Shown: one piece after another, positions 39,009-51,942 of the stretch | Layout of the letters: each line of letters opens with the position of its first letter | How positions within the stretch are numbered: position 1 is the stretch's first letter | Origin: Bacteroidota bacterium | GTDB lineage: Bacteria > Bacteroidota > Rhodothermia > Rhodothermales > JBCCMF01 | Assembly (NCBI GenBank): GCA_038747545.1 | Contig: JBCDJT010000008.1 | Location: 416-64,415, forward strand | Direction of reading: 5' to 3' | DNA: 64,000 bases | Notes under the pieces: generated by a model | The model's input: only the letters and a program-made list of their open reading frames with translations | What the model was told of the DNA's origin: nothing | The model's database searches: none | Program-made: the position numbers and the translations under genes

Positions 39009-42000
39009 TTAGTTCTGGATGCTGACGCGCACGTCAAACCCGCCTTTCATCGTGGTGGCAGAGGGCACGCGGCTGTCTTCGCTGTCAAGGCGTTGGTAAT
39101 CGACGTACACCGAGGCCGTGACTTTGTTGCTGAACTGGTACTGGATGCGCGGCTGCAAGGTCAAGCGTGTCGAGCCTGTGATGACGTCCACGTTGTCGCC
39201 CACTCGGAGGGGATCGAAGCCGTCGGGGTTCGCCTCTTCGTCGAACGGTACAGGGTTGAGGATCGCCTCTTCCAACGCACGGCGCAGGCTGCAGCGCAAA
39301 TCGGAGTTCTTCGCCCGCGCAATGTTCAGGCTCACATTCAGGCGGTTGTCGAGCTTCTTCTTGATGAAAGGCAGCTGCAACCCTTGCACGGCCCACGAGA
39401 ACTGCATCTGGAACTCGTTGGTCTTGCTCTCGCTCACGTCGAAGTTGGCGGTGCTCAGCGAGTAGGTGTTGGTGCGGTTCCAGTTGAAGTTGGTCTGAAA
39501 CCTGGCCTTCCACGTCAGGTCGAGCCCCAGCAGTGGCGACAGGCGCTCGTTCACCCGCACGGCGCCCACCTCTGTTTGGTCCAGGCTGTACTCAATCTCT
39601 TGCCCCGCAAGGTCGAAGGTGCGCGTGGAGTCGCCCGTAGATGCCGCGAGGTTGGTGCGGAAATCGGCGCTGTAATCGGCGGCATAGTTGTGGCGCAACG
39701 ATACGGTCGTGAAGAGGCGTCGGAAGACGGGCAGTTTGTTCAGCCCGCCGTAGTTGATCTGCCAACTCGGCAGCGGAATGGGGAGCAGTGCTTTGCCAAA
39801 GAAGCTGCCGCTGCTGGCGGTGTAGGCCTGCCTGAAGTCGTCTACGATCGTCTCGTTCGTGAGTACAACCCGGCCGTCACCGTTCTCATCGCCCACGCGC
39901 GAGGCGTCCGGCTCCAGGTTGGCGGCATCGGCGCGGTACGCGTCTAGCTGTGCATTAAACAGGCTCAGGTAGTCCGCCCCGAACGTCCAGATGCTGGCCT
40001 TATTGCTCCCCTGGTTGGTCGAGGTGGACGCGGGCAGCCCCGTCTCGTCGTTGATGCGGAAGTTGATGGTTTCGCGCTCGCTCCAGTCGGCATTTGCGGT
40101 CAGGTTAATGCGGAAGTCGCTGGAGAGGTTGATGGTGGTGCGGCCGTTGACCCGGTTCTGCTCGGTGAAGGCATCTGTAACCTGGATAGGCCCAGCCAGC
40201 ACACGCTCGTCGATGTCGACGGTGTTGTCCAGACCGAAGCGATAGCGCAGACCGGGGCCGTTGCCGCGGAAGGCGTCGAACAGGCTGTAGTTGATGTTGA
40301 CATCGCCCTCGCCGTTCTGGCCGTTGGGATCGAATACGCCGATGCCGTTGGATTGGCCCGTCAAGGTGCGCTGGTACTGGAGGTTGACGTCCTGGATGCC
40401 CGTCACCGTCAGGAAGAGCCCGCGCATCACGGGGATAGGATTGGGCAGGGGCAGCTTAAAGCGCCGTCCGGTGGTGTCGGGCAGGACGCTGGACGAGTCG
40501 GGCGGGACGGCTTGCGCTGCGTCATCCACGGCGTCAAGCTCAGGCGCATCCACCTCTACCGTTGTGCTGTCAGGCGCTGGCTCGGGCGCTGCGGGCGGGA
40601 TGTACTCCTCGCCTCGGGCCTCGGCCTCAGCGCGGAGGCGGGCTTCTTCGGCCTCGCGTTCCTCTTCGAGCCGCTTCTCTTCCTCGCGTTGGCGCTTGCG
40701 CTCCTCGCGCTCCTGCTTGCGCGCCTCGGCGCGCTGCTGCCGCTCGCGCTCGCGTGCCTGCCGCCTACGCTGCGCCTCCTGCTGCGCGGTCTTGTGCGCC
40801 TCCTCAATGTCGCGGTAGAACTTGAACTTCCGCCATAGATCCTGGAAGCGGAAGCCGCCGCCGAAGCGCGTCGTCACGTTGTTGCCAATCGTGGCACCCG
40901 TGATCTGCCCCACCGCGCCGTTGCGCCACGTATACGTAGCCTGATAGCTGATGTCCTGCAGCGTCACCCAGCTGAAGAACGAGTTGCGCGGGATGCGCGG
41001 CCGGATGCTGGCGTTGAAGCTCTGCCCGTGGTCCTCGGTGCGTAGATCGTCGGCGCCAGAGAAGGCGCGGCCCGCCACCTCCCGCCAATCTTCGATGTTT
41101 AGGCGCTCCAGCAGGTACGTATCTGCGATCTGACTCGAGTCTGCCAGCCCTGCCGCGATGGCATCGCTGATAGACCGGATGTCGGTCAGCCCACGGTACA
41201 CCGAGTCGGGCGTAACCAACGTGAACAGCGTATCGACGCCCAGCGCATTGAGGCTCTGGCCCGTGTTGGTATCGAAGCTGAAGTTGAGGAAGTCGAACGG
41301 GTTGTAATCGACTTGGAACCGCCGCTGATGGGTGAACGCGTGCTGCTCGCGGATGGGAAACTCGGCGATGTCCGGGATGTCCGGGTCTTGCGTGAGCGCC
41401 ACCGCCCGCTCTTGCGTCTGGCTGTAGTTGCGTGAGGCCGTGCCCGAGACGCTGATCTGCTGCGGCACATAGTTGAACCGCAAGCCACTCAACGCCTTCA
41501 GCACCGGAATCTCATCGGCGAACCAGAACGGGCGGAGTGTGCTGGGGCCTGACTGGAATCGGTACTGCAGCCCTGTATTCCAGCGCCACGAGTCGCGTTC
41601 GCGCTGCTGCGGGCTGCGGGCGTCGGTGTCGGTGTACGAGTAGTTGAACGTGATGCCGTCCAGCGTCTTGCGCAGCACGGGCGAGCGCGAGTTGTTCTTG
41701 CTGAGCCGCGTGTTGAACGACCGCGTGTACGTGCGCGTCTGCGCCGACTGGATCACGTCGTCGATGAGTTGGTCGCGGTCGGCCAGCGTCGTGTCCCGCT
41801 CGATCTGCTCCGTGATCTCCGACAGGCGCACGTCGCCACGGTCGGGCGAGAAGCGCGGCGTATTGGTATTGCTTTGCACCTGCACCGATACCGGGATCGT
41901 CCACCCTTGCCGCTCGGGCAAGAGTTTGTCCAGGTTGACATCGGTGGCCACGCTCCAGTTCTGGATGTTGTTTTGGTCGCGCTCGCCCAGCGTACTGGCC

Positions 42001-45000
42001 AAGCCACCGAACCCGTCGGTCTGCGCTTGGTAGCTCATGCGGATGCGGCCCAGGTCGGCGAGTTGGAAGTTGGCGTTGCCCACCGCGGCCCAGCCGTTGG
42101 TCTCGTCGTAGTTGGTGGTGCGCAGCTCGTTGACCCAAATTGACACGTCCTCCAGCTGATCTTCCAGGTCGATGCTGGTGGAGTCGGCGGGGTTGCGCAG
42201 GCCGATGATGATCGTGTTGATCTTGTTGAGCGACGCGTTGCCTCGGATGGCCAGACGGGTGCCGGGCGGCGCAAACTCGTTCGCGTCGGGCACGTCGGTG
42301 CCGACTAGCTCGCCCGTTTCGTCGGCGCTCCAGAAGATGGAGTCTTGCGGCACCCCGCGCTGATCGCGGGCGAACTTGAGCTGGTTGAGCGCGCCGAGCA
42401 CGATGTGGACGGAGTTCAGGTCGACAAACCCGTCGCCGAAGGGCTGATTGGTCTGCCACAGCGCATCGTTGTCAATCTCCAGCGTCGGGTCGCTGGGCGA
42501 GAGCGGCTGCTCATACTCGTAGTAGTCGTTCGTCTCGTTGGCGCCCAATCGCACAAACAGCCTGACCTTGCTGCGCGCCTCCTCGTCGGCCAGTTCGCTC
42601 AGCTTCCGTCCGTCGGCCAGCTGGCCGTTCATGTGGACGAACATGCGGAGGTTGCCGTACCGCAAAAGGTCGAGACCCTGGTTATACGTCTTGAAGATGG
42701 CGCGCTGCTGGTTGGGGAAGAGGTTTTCGACGCGCATCACCATAGCCTGCTCGCGCGCGCGCAGCTGCCGCCCCGAAACCGTGCGGTTCAGGCTGGTGAT
42801 GGCACCCGTCGGCGTCTCGTAGACGTCGCGGTTCTCCTCGTTGTTGATGCTCGAGATCGACACGCGCGTGTCCTCCGAGCGCAGGTCGCCGGGCCGCTCG
42901 CGCTCGGCAATGATGTTGTCCGACTGCCTCCACTGGCTCCCAACCAGCTCCAGGCTGGCAAAGCGAACCGTGATGGGGTCTTCCATCCCAGTCATCCACA
43001 GGCGCATGTTCTCCACCACAGAGAAGTCGCTGATGGTCCCTACGCTGCGGGTAAAGTTGCGGATGGGCACGCGGATCTGGAACCACCCCGTCCCCACGCC
43101 ATCCTGGTTGGTCACCTCGCCCACCACGAAGTCGTCAATCTCCTGCGGGTCGGCTTGGCGCTTTAGCTCGGCAATGCTGAGCGGTATCTCGTACTGGAAG
43201 TAGCTGTTCTCGATGTCGGGCGAGTTGCTGAGGTCGAGGTCTTCCGAGTCGGGGAAGCGCGAGTTGCCCTTCGTACCCGGGTTGAGCTTGTTCACGCCCT
43301 CGAACGAGTTCAGCTCGGTGCCGGCGAAGTAGTGGCTGAAGCGCTGCTGCAGCGAGGCGTCGCCCTGCGGGTAGAAGTTAGCGTTGTTGAAGTACGGATC
43401 GGCGAAGTAGCGGTAGTCATCGCCCGAAGGGTCGACCTGGGCACGACGCAGGTCAAACTCGCACTGCTCGCGCTGGGCACCCGCTAGCCGACCGCACGCC
43501 TCGGCGAGGGAGCTCAGGAAGTCGCCAAACTGGTTGACCTCGTACAGATCGGGGTTGTAGTTGCCTACGCCCGGCTCTTCGTACGAGATGAGCCCGTCGA
43601 GCCCCACGTCTTCCGTCCGGCGCGCACTCTCGTCCACATCTACCGAGTTGTTCTGCCGTACGCTCGGCAGGCGCCCCCACCGGGTCACCGACGAGGCGCC
43701 TACGTCGGTCGTGGCCAGCCCGTCTTCGTTATTCAGACGCCCGTCGGGGATGATGTCCTCAGAGATGGTGCCCAGGTCCACGTAGAGCTTGGCATCAGGG
43801 CCCGCGTCACGCGCCATGTTGTCCGCAAAGGGGCGGATGATGAACTCCACAAACTCGATGTTGCGCGTGGTGAAGTCGTTGAACCCATCGGGGATGCGCT
43901 GCACGATGCCGCCCCACACGTTCTTGGGGTTCTGGGCAAACTCGTCGTACGCCCGCGTGTAGTTGTACGGCCCGCGTTCGTTGGGCGCAAAGAACAGGTC
44001 CAAGGTCTGCAGCTCTTCGCTGTCGCGCTCCACCTGACGGTCGGGGAAGACGTCGAGCACGCGCACGGGCGCAACGGCCAAGGCCTCGTATTCCGTCGCC
44101 ACATCCACGCCGCCCAGCTCGCTAAGCAGGCCCCGGCTCACCTGGTACCACGAGAACTTGCCGCGCCAGTTGCTGCGCAGTGAGTCAGCGTCGAGGCCAA
44201 ACTGCTGCGGCCCCACGGCGGCGATCGAGTCGGGCGCCGCACTCAAGCGCCATGCGCCCGGCTGCCGGAGCTGGAACGTGTTTTCGAACGCCTCGAAGTC
44301 GTCGATGTAGGTGATGCCCTTGAGCTCGTCGTCCTTCAGGTCGCGCCCGCTCGACCGCAGCTCGCGGCGCGTGCGCTCGAACGCCGTGGTTTGCGAGTGC
44401 CCGGGCCGCAGCTGCGCAAACTCGCCCGTAATCTCGATGGAGCTGTTCGCCTTGGTCTGGATCAGCGGCAGCCAATCGATAGCACGCGTCAGCCAGTACG
44501 GTTCCAGCTTCAGCTGGCCGTCCACGCCCCAGATGGTGTTCTGGATGGGCTCCTCGCCGATGCGAAATTTGTCTACTGGCGAGCGCTGGCTGAGCCGCAT
44601 CAGCGTGCTGCCCATGCGGAACCGCTCATCCAGCTCATACTCCACGCGTGTGCCAATCAGCGTCTTCTGCTGCACGTTGAAGAGCTGATTCTGCTCGTAC
44701 TCGATGTCAATCTTGCGGCCATCGGCCACGAGCGACTGGTTGATGATGTTGACCGTCCCCAGTTGGTAATCCACCGAGTAATCCACGTTTTCGGTGAGCA
44801 CGGTGCCGCCCGCTGTGACGCGCACCGAGCCTTCGATGATACCCGTGAAGGCGCCCAGGTCATAAAAGGACTGTGCCGAGCCTTTGTACGACCCCGCGAT
44901 GGTATACACGTCGAGCTGCGTGTCTAGGCGGGCGTTCTGCTGCTTCTTGGTATACAGGTTTTCGAAGACCAGCAGCTCTTTGGCGCTTTGCTTCTCCGCC

Positions 45001-47120
45001 GCCGAGAGCGCAGTCCCGTCGATGATCTCCTCGATGCGGCTCCCGAACGGCTCCAGGACGGGGAAGATCAGCCGGCCGCGCCCCGGGTCGATGGTATAAT
45101 TCGAGAGGTAGTCGAACTGGTTGTCCGGTCCTTCGCGCCCGTCCTCGTTGATGCGATCGAGCTTGAGGAGGTTGAGCAGTTCGTCGCGGATGCCGAGGCC
45201 CGGCAGCGTCTTGGACCGCACCTTGCCCGGCGGCTCGTAGAAGACGTCGAGCTCAAACTCGTTGGCGTTGATGCCACCGCCCTGGAGGGGGTAGATGTTG
45301 CGCATCTCCAGGTACCACGCGGCGGGGTTGAACCCACTCTCCAGCGCAGGCTGACGCGACTGCTTGGGACGCAGCAGCTTGAGCACCAATCGGTCCTCCG
45401 TCTGGGTCCCGTCCGAACCGCCCGAGGTCGCCACGAAGTCGCCCACCTCCACAGCGCTGCCTCGTGACAGGTACCGGAACGAGATGGCGATGGCTTCGCC
45501 CTCTTGTACGCGCTGGCGCAGCGTGACGTAGCCCAGGTACGGATCGAAGTCGTAATCACGCCCCTCGAGCATGAGCCGGAAGCGCCCGTTGACCCAGTCG
45601 TCGTTGGTCATGGCCACATCGCGGCTGCCGAAGTACGACTGCAGGTCGGTGTTGCCGTCGCGCAGCACATCCATGTCGCCCATGTCGAAGTCGCTGTACT
45701 GGTCTTGACCTTCATTAGGCAGCTCCGTGCGCGAGTAACTATCGGCCTGCTCTAAGATGTCTAATTCCTCGCCAAGGTCGACCACGGCCACGGCCTGCCG
45801 CAGGTCATCATCGTCGTTGCTGAAGCGCTCTAACTTCCACATCTCGATGTCGGTGATGCCCTCAAAATTCCCATCCAAGACGACCCCAAGGCTAGGCTGC
45901 CCCATAGCGTCTTCCCAGCGGTTGCGGAAGTAGTAGCCGAGGAAGAAGTGGGTGTCGGACTCGTAGTTGGTGGGCTTGACGCTGAACTCGATCTCCTCCG
46001 CGCCGCCGTCGATGCTGAGGCTGTTGGCTTGGCCTTCCTCCTGGCTGACTACGCTCGTGATGCCAAAGCCACCGATCTGCAGCTTGCTCTTGAGCCCGAA
46101 TAGGCTCTGGCCGCCACGGATGAGCGTAGAGCGCGTGTCGAGCAGCACGTTGCCCGCCTCGATGCTCTGGATAATCTCGTCCTCGTAGCCCTGGTACTGC
46201 AGCTTGATCTGGTTCTGGTAGTCGAAGTCCTGCTGCGTGTCCCAGCTGACGTCCACGCGCAGCTTGTCGCCGATGGTGCCGTTGATACCGAGGCGCAGGT
46301 CCTGCTTGAAGTCAGGGTCGATCTGGCGCGAGCGCCCGGTGACGGCTACCTGCTGGTCGCTGTCGCGGTAGTTGAAGCCCGCGTTGATGTTGGCTTGGCC
46401 GTTCACGCGGAGGTCGACCTCGTTGGTGCCGAAGATGGTGGTGAACGCGCTGTTGCGCCCGCCGGGCACCACGATGTTGAAGCCCAGCCCGCCTCGGTTG
46501 CGGTTGCGCTGCTGCCGGGCGCGCTGCACGACCATCTGCTGCCAGCTGCTGCGCGCATCTTCGTCGAACCGCTGGCGGCGATAGGTCTCGTAGTCGAGCT
46601 CTACCGGAAAGCGAACATCGCTCTCTCCCACTTGCTCGGTGATGCGAATAACGTCTTCGGTGGAGTCCAGCTCAACTTGATGCTCCCAGTAGCTGCCCAG
46701 CCTGAGCGACATGGCGCGTTGACTGCGTGGAAAGAGCAACGCCGAGCGTCGGTCCACTCGTGGACGCGTCAGGTAGTTGAGCGCGCGGGGTGCGTAGAAC
46801 GTGGAATCGGTGCTGTCGGCAGCGAGCGAATCCAACCGAAGGGAGTCAAGCGCCAATGAATCGAGCGCGGTGCTGTCGCTGTCGGCCAGCGCGATCCACC
46901 GCTGCGCCTCCAGTTCAGCTAGCGCTGCCTTGGTGCGTTCGGCCTGCGCGGCGTCCCAAACGAGCCAGTCCTTGACCACGCCGCTGGTGTCGGTGGTGGT
47001 GGAGGCCGCTTGGCCTACCATCCACACCAGCACGAGCCCTGCCGAGCCGAGTAGGCCCACGAGAACACGGAGCGCACGAAAAGGGTAAACGCCACGCCGG
47101 GCGGTGTTACTCACTTGCAC
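39009..47120 (-). CDS. sprA: Type IX secretion system outer-membrane translocon SprA (Sov)
   Basis: 2703 aa; [71 protein letters not shown]. Confidence 0.93.
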   Translation of the reverse strand: MQVSNTARRGVYPFRALRVLVGLLGSAGLVLVWMVGQAASTTTDTSGVVKDWLVWDAAQAERTKAALAELEAQRWIALADSDSTALDSLALDSLRLDSLAADSTDSTFYAPRALNYLTRPRVDRRSALLFPRSQRAMSLRLGSYWEHQVELDSTEDVIRITEQVGESDVRFPVELDYETYRRQRFDEDARSSWQQMVVQRARQQRNRNRGGLGFNIVVPGGRNSAFTTIFGTNEVDLRVNGQANINAGFNYRDSDQQVAVTGRSRQIDPDFKQDLRLGINGTIGDKLRVDVSWDTQQDFDYQNQIKLQYQGYEDEIIQSIEAGNVLLDTRSTLIRGGQSLFGLKSKLQIGGFGITSVVSQEEGQANSLSIDGGAEEIEFSVKPTNYESDTHFFLGYYFRNRWEDAMGQPSLGVVLDGNFEGITDIEMWKLERFSNDDDDLRQAVAVVDLGEELDILEQADSYSRTELPNEGQDQYSDFDMGDMDVLRDGNTDLQSYFGSRDVAMTNDDWVNGRFRLMLEGRDYDFDPYLGYVTLRQRVQEGEAIAISFRYLSRGSAVEVGDFVATSGGSDGTQTEDRLVLKLLRPKQSRQPALESGFNPAAWYLEMRNIYPLQGGGINANEFELDVFYEPPGKVRSKTLPGLGIRDELLNLLKLDRINEDGREGPDNQFDYLSNYTIDPGRGRLIFPVLEPFGSRIEEIIDGTALSAAEKQSAKELLVFENLYTKKQQNARLDTQLDVYTIAGSYKGSAQSFYDLGAFTGIIEGSVRVTAGGTVLTENVDYSVDYQLGTVNIINQSLVADGRKIDIEYEQNQLFNVQQKTLIGTRVEYELDERFRMGSTLMRLSQRSPVDKFRIGEEPIQNTIWGVDGQLKLEPYWLTRAIDWLPLIQTKANSSIEITGEFAQLRPGHSQTTAFERTRRELRSSGRDLKDDELKGITYIDDFEAFENTFQLRQPGAWRLSAAPDSIAAVGPQQFGLDADSLRSNWRGKFSWYQVSRGLLSELGGVDVATEYEALAVAPVRVLDVFPDRQVERDSEELQTLDLFFAPNERGPYNYTRAYDEFAQNPKNVWGGIVQRIPDGFNDFTTRNIEFVEFIIRPFADNMARDAGPDAKLYVDLGTISEDIIPDGRLNNEDGLATTDVGASSVTRWGRLPSVRQNNSVDVDESARRTEDVGLDGLISYEEPGVGNYNPDLYEVNQFGDFLSSLAEACGRLAGAQREQCEFDLRRAQVDPSGDDYRYFADPYFNNANFYPQGDASLQQRFSHYFAGTELNSFEGVNKLNPGTKGNSRFPDSEDLDLSNSPDIENSYFQYEIPLSIAELKRQADPQEIDDFVVGEVTNQDGVGTGWFQIRVPIRNFTRSVGTISDFSVVENMRLWMTGMEDPITVRFASLELVGSQWRQSDNIIAERERPGDLRSEDTRVSISSINNEENRDVYETPTGAITSLNRTVSGRQLRAREQAMVMRVENLFPNQQRAIFKTYNQGLDLLRYGNLRMFVHMNGQLADGRKLSELADEEARSKVRLFVRLGANETNDYYEYEQPLSPSDPTLEIDNDALWQTNQPFGDGFVDLNSVHIVLGALNQLKFARDQRGVPQDSIFWSADETGELVGTDVPDANEFAPPGTRLAIRGNASLNKINTIIIGLRNPADSTSIDLEDQLEDVSIWVNELRTTNYDETNGWAAVGNANFQLADLGRIRMSYQAQTDGFGGLASTLGERDQNNIQNWSVATDVNLDKLLPERQGWTIPVSVQVQSNTNTPRFSPDRGDVRLSEITEQIERDTTLADRDQLIDDVIQSAQTRTYTRSFNTRLSKNNSRSPVLRKTLDGITFNYSYTDTDARSPQQRERDSWRWNTGLQYRFQSGPSTLRPFWFADEIPVLKALSGLRFNYVPQQISVSGTASRNYSQTQERAVALTQDPDIPDIAEFPIREQHAFTHQRRFQVDYNPFDFLNFSFDTNTGQSLNALGVDTLFTLVTPDSVYRGLTDIRSISDAIAAGLADSSQIADTYLLERLNIEDWREVAGRAFSGADDLRTEDHGQSFNASIRPRIPRNSFFSWVTLQDISYQATYTWRNGAVGQITGATIGNNVTTRFGGGFRFQDLWRKFKFYRDIEEAHKTAQQEAQRRRQARERERQQRAEARKQEREERKRQREEEKRLEEEREAEEARLRAEAEARGEEYIPPAAPEPAPDSTTVEVDAPELDAVDDAAQAVPPDSSSVLPDTTGRRFKLPLPNPIPVMRGLFLTVTGIQDVNLQYQRTLTGQSNGIGVFDPNGQNGEGDVNINYSLFDAFRGNGPGLRYRFGLDNTVDIDERVLAGPIQVTDAFTEQNRVNGRTTINLSSDFRINLTANADWSERETINFRINDETGLPASTSTNQGSNKASIWTFGADYLSLFNAQLDAYRADAANLEPDASRVGDENGDGRVVLTNETIVDDFRQAYTASSGSFFGKALLPIPLPSWQINYGGLNKLPVFRRLFTTVSLRHNYAADYSADFRTNLAASTGDSTRTFDLAGQEIEYSLDQTEVGAVRVNERLSPLLGLDLTWKARFQTNFNWNRTNTYSLSTANFDVSESKTNEFQMQFSWAVQGLQLPFIKKKLDNRLNVSLNIARAKNSDLRCSLRRALEEAILNPVPFDEEANPDGFDPLRVGDNVDVITGSTRLTLQPRIQYQFSNKVTASVYVDYQRLDSEDSRVPSATTMKGGFDVRVSIQN

Positions 47121-47385
47121 GAGGTAACCCTGACTGTTCTGCTTATCGCTGTCGAAGCGGCTCAGGTCGTGGCCTAAGCCTGGTGGGGGAAGTGGTAGCG
47201 ATATGGGCTAATACGCGCGCTCGGTTGTCTCAAAAACGGTACGGGTTTGGGGTAAGCATCGGCAGCGTTCCGCCTAACTTCAAGTCAGGCATGCTTTTGG
47301 CCGACGTGCGGAACAACGCGAGAAACCTCCGCACGATTGCTCGCCGTCTACCCCATTGTAACTGATTTGTTTTCTACTACAACCG

Positions 47386-47865
47386 ATGTCAGCTCAACAC
47401 CCAGCGTGGTATTTTTTATTGACCTTGCTACTGACTTGTGGTGCCGCAGGCTGCACCTCCATCTCCAAAAGCCTAGCCGATGATGCGCAGGCACAGGAGC
47501 ACATCCGCGCCGTGCTTGACGCGCAAGTCGCCGCGTGGAATGCGGGAGACATCGAAGGCTTCATGCAAGGCTACTGGAACGCGCCCGACTTGCGCTTCGC
47601 CTCGGGCGGCAACGTGCGCACGGGCTGGCAAACCACGCTGCAAGGCTATCAAACCAGCTACCCCGACCGGGAAGCGATGGGCACGCTCAGCTTCGGCGAT
47701 CTCGACATCCGAGTACTCAGCGGCGATGCCGCCTACGTCTTCGGGCGGTGGCGCTTGGCGCGCGGCGGCACATACGAAGACGCCACGGGACTCTTCACGC
47801 TGGTCTTCCGGCAGCATGATGACGGATGGCGTGTGGTACATGATCACACCTCTGCCACCGACTGA
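47386..47865 (+). CDS. NTF2/SnoaL-like (DUF4440/YybH) protein, probable lipoprotein
   Basis: AAGC lipobox-like; AWNAGDIEGFMQGYW, MGTLSF, GLFTLVF, WRVVHDHTS. Confidence 0.85.
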   Translation: MSAQHPAWYFLLTLLLTCGAAGCTSISKSLADDAQAQEHIRAVLDAQVAAWNAGDIEGFMQGYWNAPDLRFASGGNVRTGWQTTLQGYQTSYPDREAMGTLSFGDLDIRVLSGDAAYVFGRWRLARGGTYEDATGLFTLVFRQHDDGWRVVHDHTSATD

Positions 47866-47911
47866 CTGCATAGCCTTCCTCCTACTCCTACAACACGCTA
47901 CACCACAAACC

Positions 47912-48583
47912 ATGACTCCCTCCTTGCTCGCCAACAAAGTTATCGTCATCACGGGTGCTGCCGGACGGCTGGGCCAGCGCCTCGTCAAAGCCTTCGCCGA
48001 GGCGGGCGCCACAATCGTGGCGCTCGTCTACGATGCGGAAAAGGCGTATGACCTCCCGTTTCCCGATAATGCCGAGGGGTGGGCCTTCCCCGTCGATGTC
48101 ACCAACGAGGCGCAGGTGCAAGAGGTCTTTGCGCACATCCGCGACCAGATTGGCCCAGTCGATGCGGTCATCCACACCGTGGGTACCTGGGGGATGTCGC
48201 CCTTTGCGGAGATGTCGCTGGCCGATTGGCAGCACATGATGGACTTAAACCTGACGTCCGCGTTTCTCACGTTCCGCGAAGCCATCAAAGCGATGGACAA
48301 CGGCGGGCGGCTCATCGGCTACGCCTCGGCCCACGGTGCCGACGGCGCGCAGGCGCAGCAAGGAGCCTACGGCGCGGCCAAGGCTGGCGTGATCCGGCTC
48401 ATCGAAGCCATCGCGGCCGAGTACGCGGGCCAGGGCATCACCGCCCACGCCATCGCTCCGTCCACCATCGCCTACGACGACGACACCGACGGCGTCACCG
48501 CCGATGCCCTCGTCGACCTGACGATGATGGTCGCTATGGCGCCCGCTGCGCCGCTCTCTGGACAGGTGATCAAAGCATATTAA
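47912..48583 (+). CDS. Short-chain dehydrogenase/reductase
   Basis: TGAAGRLG, VDVT, YGAAK; start MTPSLL at 47912. Confidence 0.88.
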   Translation: MTPSLLANKVIVITGAAGRLGQRLVKAFAEAGATIVALVYDAEKAYDLPFPDNAEGWAFPVDVTNEAQVQEVFAHIRDQIGPVDAVIHTVGTWGMSPFAEMSLADWQHMMDLNLTSAFLTFREAIKAMDNGGRLIGYASAHGADGAQAQQGAYGAAKAGVIRLIEAIAAEYAGQGITAHAIAPSTIAYDDDTDGVTADALVDLTMMVAMAPAAPLSGQVIKAY

Positions 48584-48697
48584 GGCGTATTGAGGAATTC
48601 GACTGCAGATCGCATGTAAACAGCGGGTTGTGGTTGCAGAGCATGGTGCCCCGTCGGATCTTGCACGCTCGATCCGTCACGCCCCGCTGCTGAACCT

Positions 48698-51600
48698 ATG
48701 CGCCGTCTCATTGCCGTCCTCCTTTTCCTTACACCGCTTACTGCCGTAGGCCAAAACGCGCCGACTTGGCTTCGCTACCCCGCGGTCTCGCCTGATGGGT
48801 CGCAGATCGCGTTCAGCTACCAGGGCGACCTCTACGTTGTCCCGGCCTCGGGCGGCACGGCTGTGCAGCGCACCACGTACAGCGGCTATGACGCGATGCC
48901 CGTGTGGTCCCCCGACGGGTCGCAGATCGCGTTCGCCTCAGATCGCTACGGCAACCTGGACGTGTTCGTTATGCCCGCAGCTGGTGGCACGCCCACGCGG
49001 CTGACGCACCACTCCGCAGCCGACCACCCCAGCGACTTCAGTCCCGACGGGCAGCACGTGTTGTTCACCTCGTCGCGCACCGACAAGGCGAGTAACGCCA
49101 TGTTTCCGAGCGGCGTGCTCTCTGAGCTGTACCAAGTCTCCATCGCGGGCGGAACACCGCAGATGGTGCTGACCACGCCCGCTGAAGATGCGGTATACAA
49201 CGCTGGCGGTACCGAACTGCTCTTCCACGACCGCAAAGGCTACGAGGACCCACTGCGCAAGAAACACACCTCATCGGTCACCCGCGATGTGTGGCGCTAC
49301 GACATGGCCGATAGCAGCTATGCAAAGGTCGCAGGCTGGGAGGGCGAGGACCGCAATCCGGTGTGGGATGCTGATGAGACGGGCTTCTTCTACCTCAGCG
49401 AGCAATCCAACGGCACGTTCAACGTGCATCACAAACCGTTTGACGGAACGGCCACGGCTCTCACAGACTTCCCGATGCATCCCGTCCGCTTTCTCACCTC
49501 CTCCAACGATGGGCTGCTGTGTTTTGCCCAAGACGGTGAGATCTATACCATGCGGCGTGGCGAGACGCCACAGAAGGTTGCCATCCGCCTGACACGCGAC
49601 GCCTCGCGCACCGACGCGATTCAAACGGTCTCCTCCGGCGCGACACAGATGGCCGTCTCTCCCAACGGCAAGGAGATCGCCTTCATCTACCGCGGCGATG
49701 TGTTCGTGACCTCCACCGAGACGAATACCACCAAGCAAGTCACGCAGACCCCCACGCAGGAACGCACGGTGGCTTTCCACCCTAAAGGACGCACCCTCGT
49801 CTATGCAGGTGAGCGCGATGGCGCGTGGAACCTGTACGAGTCCAGCATCGCCCGCGACGACGAGCCGTACTTCTACACCGCGACGATCATCGACGAGACG
49901 CCGCTCCTCGTTACCGATACGGCCACGTTCCAACCTGCCTACTCGCCCGACGGCACTGAGGTGGCCTATCTCGAAGACCGCACCACAGTCAAGGTGATCG
50001 ACCGGGCCACCAAGGCCACACGCACCGTCGTCCCCGGCACCCACAACTTCTCCTACGCCGACGGCGATCAGCATTTCGCGTGGTCACCCGACGGCAAGTG
50101 GATGCTGATCGAGTACACACAGCCGGGCTACTGGCCGTCCGAGGTCGGGCTGGTGAAGGCCGATGGCACAGGCGAGATCGTCAACCTGACGCAAAGCGGC
50201 TACCCGGACTCCAACCCGCAGTGGATGATGGAGGGCAAGATGATGATCTGGTTCTCAGATCGCAACGGTCTGCGTGGCTGGGCTGGATCGAGTGCCCGCG
50301 AGGTCGATGCCTACGGCATGTTCTTCACCGACGAAGCCTACGAGCGCTTCTCACTGAGCAAGGAAGACTTCGACCTCCTCAAAGAACGCGAAGCGAAAGC
50401 CAAGAAGGAGAAGAAGGACGAGGACACCAAGGAAACAGCCGAGACCGACTCCACGAAGACCCTGGAGATCGACCTGGACGGCATCGAAGATCGTCAGGCA
50501 CGGCTGACCATACACTCCGCGCGGATGAATGGCGCCGTCGTCACGCCCGATGGCGGAAAACTCGTCTACCTCGCCCGCTTCGAGCGTGGCTACGACCTCT
50601 GGGTCACCGACCTCCGCACGCGAGAAACCAAGATCCTCGCCAAGCTCGGCGCTGGGTTTGCCAGCATGGAGCTGAGCGCTGACGGCAAGCACGTGTTCCT
50701 CCTCAGTGGTGGGCGCTTCAGCAAGGTCGCCATCGAGGGCGGCAAACGGACGAGCATCGGCTACAGCAGCGAGATGGTCTTGGACGCCCCTGCCGAACGG
50801 GAGTACATCTTCTGGCACGCGTGGCAACAGTCCATCGACAAGTTCTACGACCCCACCCTCCACGGCATCCGCGCACAGTGGGACACGCTGGGGCAGGCGC
50901 ACGCACGCCACTTGCCGCACATTGCCAACGGCTATGACTTCGCCGACCTGCTGGGCGAACTTTTGGGTGAATTGAACGCCTCACACTCTGGCGCACGCTA
51001 TACACACCGCAGCGAGAACGGCGACGTTACGGCCTCGCTCGGTGTTTTCTATGATCAGGACTACGCAGGCAAAGGCATCCGCATCGCGGAGGTGATGAAT
51101 GACGGCCCCCTCGACAACGCCGACAGCAAGATCCAGGCGGGCACCGTCATCGAGATGATCGACGGCGAGGCGTTGACGCCGCAGACCAACCTGTACGGCC
51201 TGCTCAACCGCAAGGCCGGTGACCGCGTGCGGCTTGGGCTCATTGATCCCGCCACGCAAGAAAGCTGGGAGGAAGTCGTCAAGCCCATCTCGCTTGGGGC
51301 CGAGAGCCAGTTGCGCTACGACCGCTGGGTGAAGCAGCGGCGTGCCCTGGTCGACTCGCTCTCGGGCGGGCGCCTCGGCTACGTCCACGTGCGCAGCATG
51401 AGCGACGGCAGCTACCGCACCGTCATCGAGGAAGTGCTGGGACGGCACGTCACCAAAGAAGCACTCGTCGTGGATACGCGCTTCAACGGCGGCGGCGACC
51501 TCGTGGATGACCTCTCGACCTTCCTCACCGGCACCCGCTACGCCGACTTCATCTCTCCCGATGGCCGCGTCATCGGTACCGAGCCCCAGCGGCGCTGGCA

Positions 51601-51925
51601 CAAGCCGTCGGTGATGCTGATGAGCGAGGGCAACTACTCCGACGCCCACTGCACCCCGTACGCCTACAAGGCGCTTGGCATCGGCCAGCTCGTCGGTATG
51701 CCTGTACCCGGCACGTGCTCGTTCGTCTGGTGGGAGCGCCAGATTGATTCGTCTATCCGCTTCGGCCTGCCCAACATGGCCATGACCGACAAGGCACAAC
51801 GCGCCCTCGAAAACCAACAGCTGGAACCCGGCGTGCGCGTCGAAAACCTGCCCGCCGCGACGGCGATGGGCGATGATGCGCAGTTGAAACGTGCGGTAGA
51901 GGTGCTGCTCGAAACTATCGAGTAG
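48698..51925 (+). CDS. Tricorn-like S41 peptidase (beta-propellers, PDZ, C-terminal protease)
   Basis: Signal peptide, repeated SPDG (PD40), LNASH, DTRFNGGG, NYSDA catalytic Ser, ENQQLEP. Confidence 0.92.
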   Translation: MRRLIAVLLFLTPLTAVGQNAPTWLRYPAVSPDGSQIAFSYQGDLYVVPASGGTAVQRTTYSGYDAMPVWSPDGSQIAFASDRYGNLDVFVMPAAGGTPTRLTHHSAADHPSDFSPDGQHVLFTSSRTDKASNAMFPSGVLSELYQVSIAGGTPQMVLTTPAEDAVYNAGGTELLFHDRKGYEDPLRKKHTSSVTRDVWRYDMADSSYAKVAGWEGEDRNPVWDADETGFFYLSEQSNGTFNVHHKPFDGTATALTDFPMHPVRFLTSSNDGLLCFAQDGEIYTMRRGETPQKVAIRLTRDASRTDAIQTVSSGATQMAVSPNGKEIAFIYRGDVFVTSTETNTTKQVTQTPTQERTVAFHPKGRTLVYAGERDGAWNLYESSIARDDEPYFYTATIIDETPLLVTDTATFQPAYSPDGTEVAYLEDRTTVKVIDRATKATRTVVPGTHNFSYADGDQHFAWSPDGKWMLIEYTQPGYWPSEVGLVKADGTGEIVNLTQSGYPDSNPQWMMEGKMMIWFSDRNGLRGWAGSSAREVDAYGMFFTDEAYERFSLSKEDFDLLKEREAKAKKEKKDEDTKETAETDSTKTLEIDLDGIEDRQARLTIHSARMNGAVVTPDGGKLVYLARFERGYDLWVTDLRTRETKILAKLGAGFASMELSADGKHVFLLSGGRFSKVAIEGGKRTSIGYSSEMVLDAPAEREYIFWHAWQQSIDKFYDPTLHGIRAQWDTLGQAHARHLPHIANGYDFADLLGELLGELNASHSGARYTHRSENGDVTASLGVFYDQDYAGKGIRIAEVMNDGPLDNADSKIQAGTVIEMIDGEALTPQTNLYGLLNRKAGDRVRLGLIDPATQESWEEVVKPISLGAESQLRYDRWVKQRRALVDSLSGGRLGYVHVRSMSDGSYRTVIEEVLGRHVTKEALVVDTRFNGGGDLVDDLSTFLTGTRYADFISPDGRVIGTEPQRRWHKPSVMLMSEGNYSDAHCTPYAYKALGIGQLVGMPVPGTCSFVWWERQIDSSIRFGLPNMAMTDKAQRALENQQLEPGVRVENLPAATAMGDDAQLKRAVEVLLETIE

Positions 51926-51942
51926 CGCGTCTGTCTCGCTAC

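Noticed and set aside
39009-47120. 2703-aa ORF as a novel giant protein
   Set aside because: Motifs identify it as the known T9SS translocon SprA; only its insertions are flagged.
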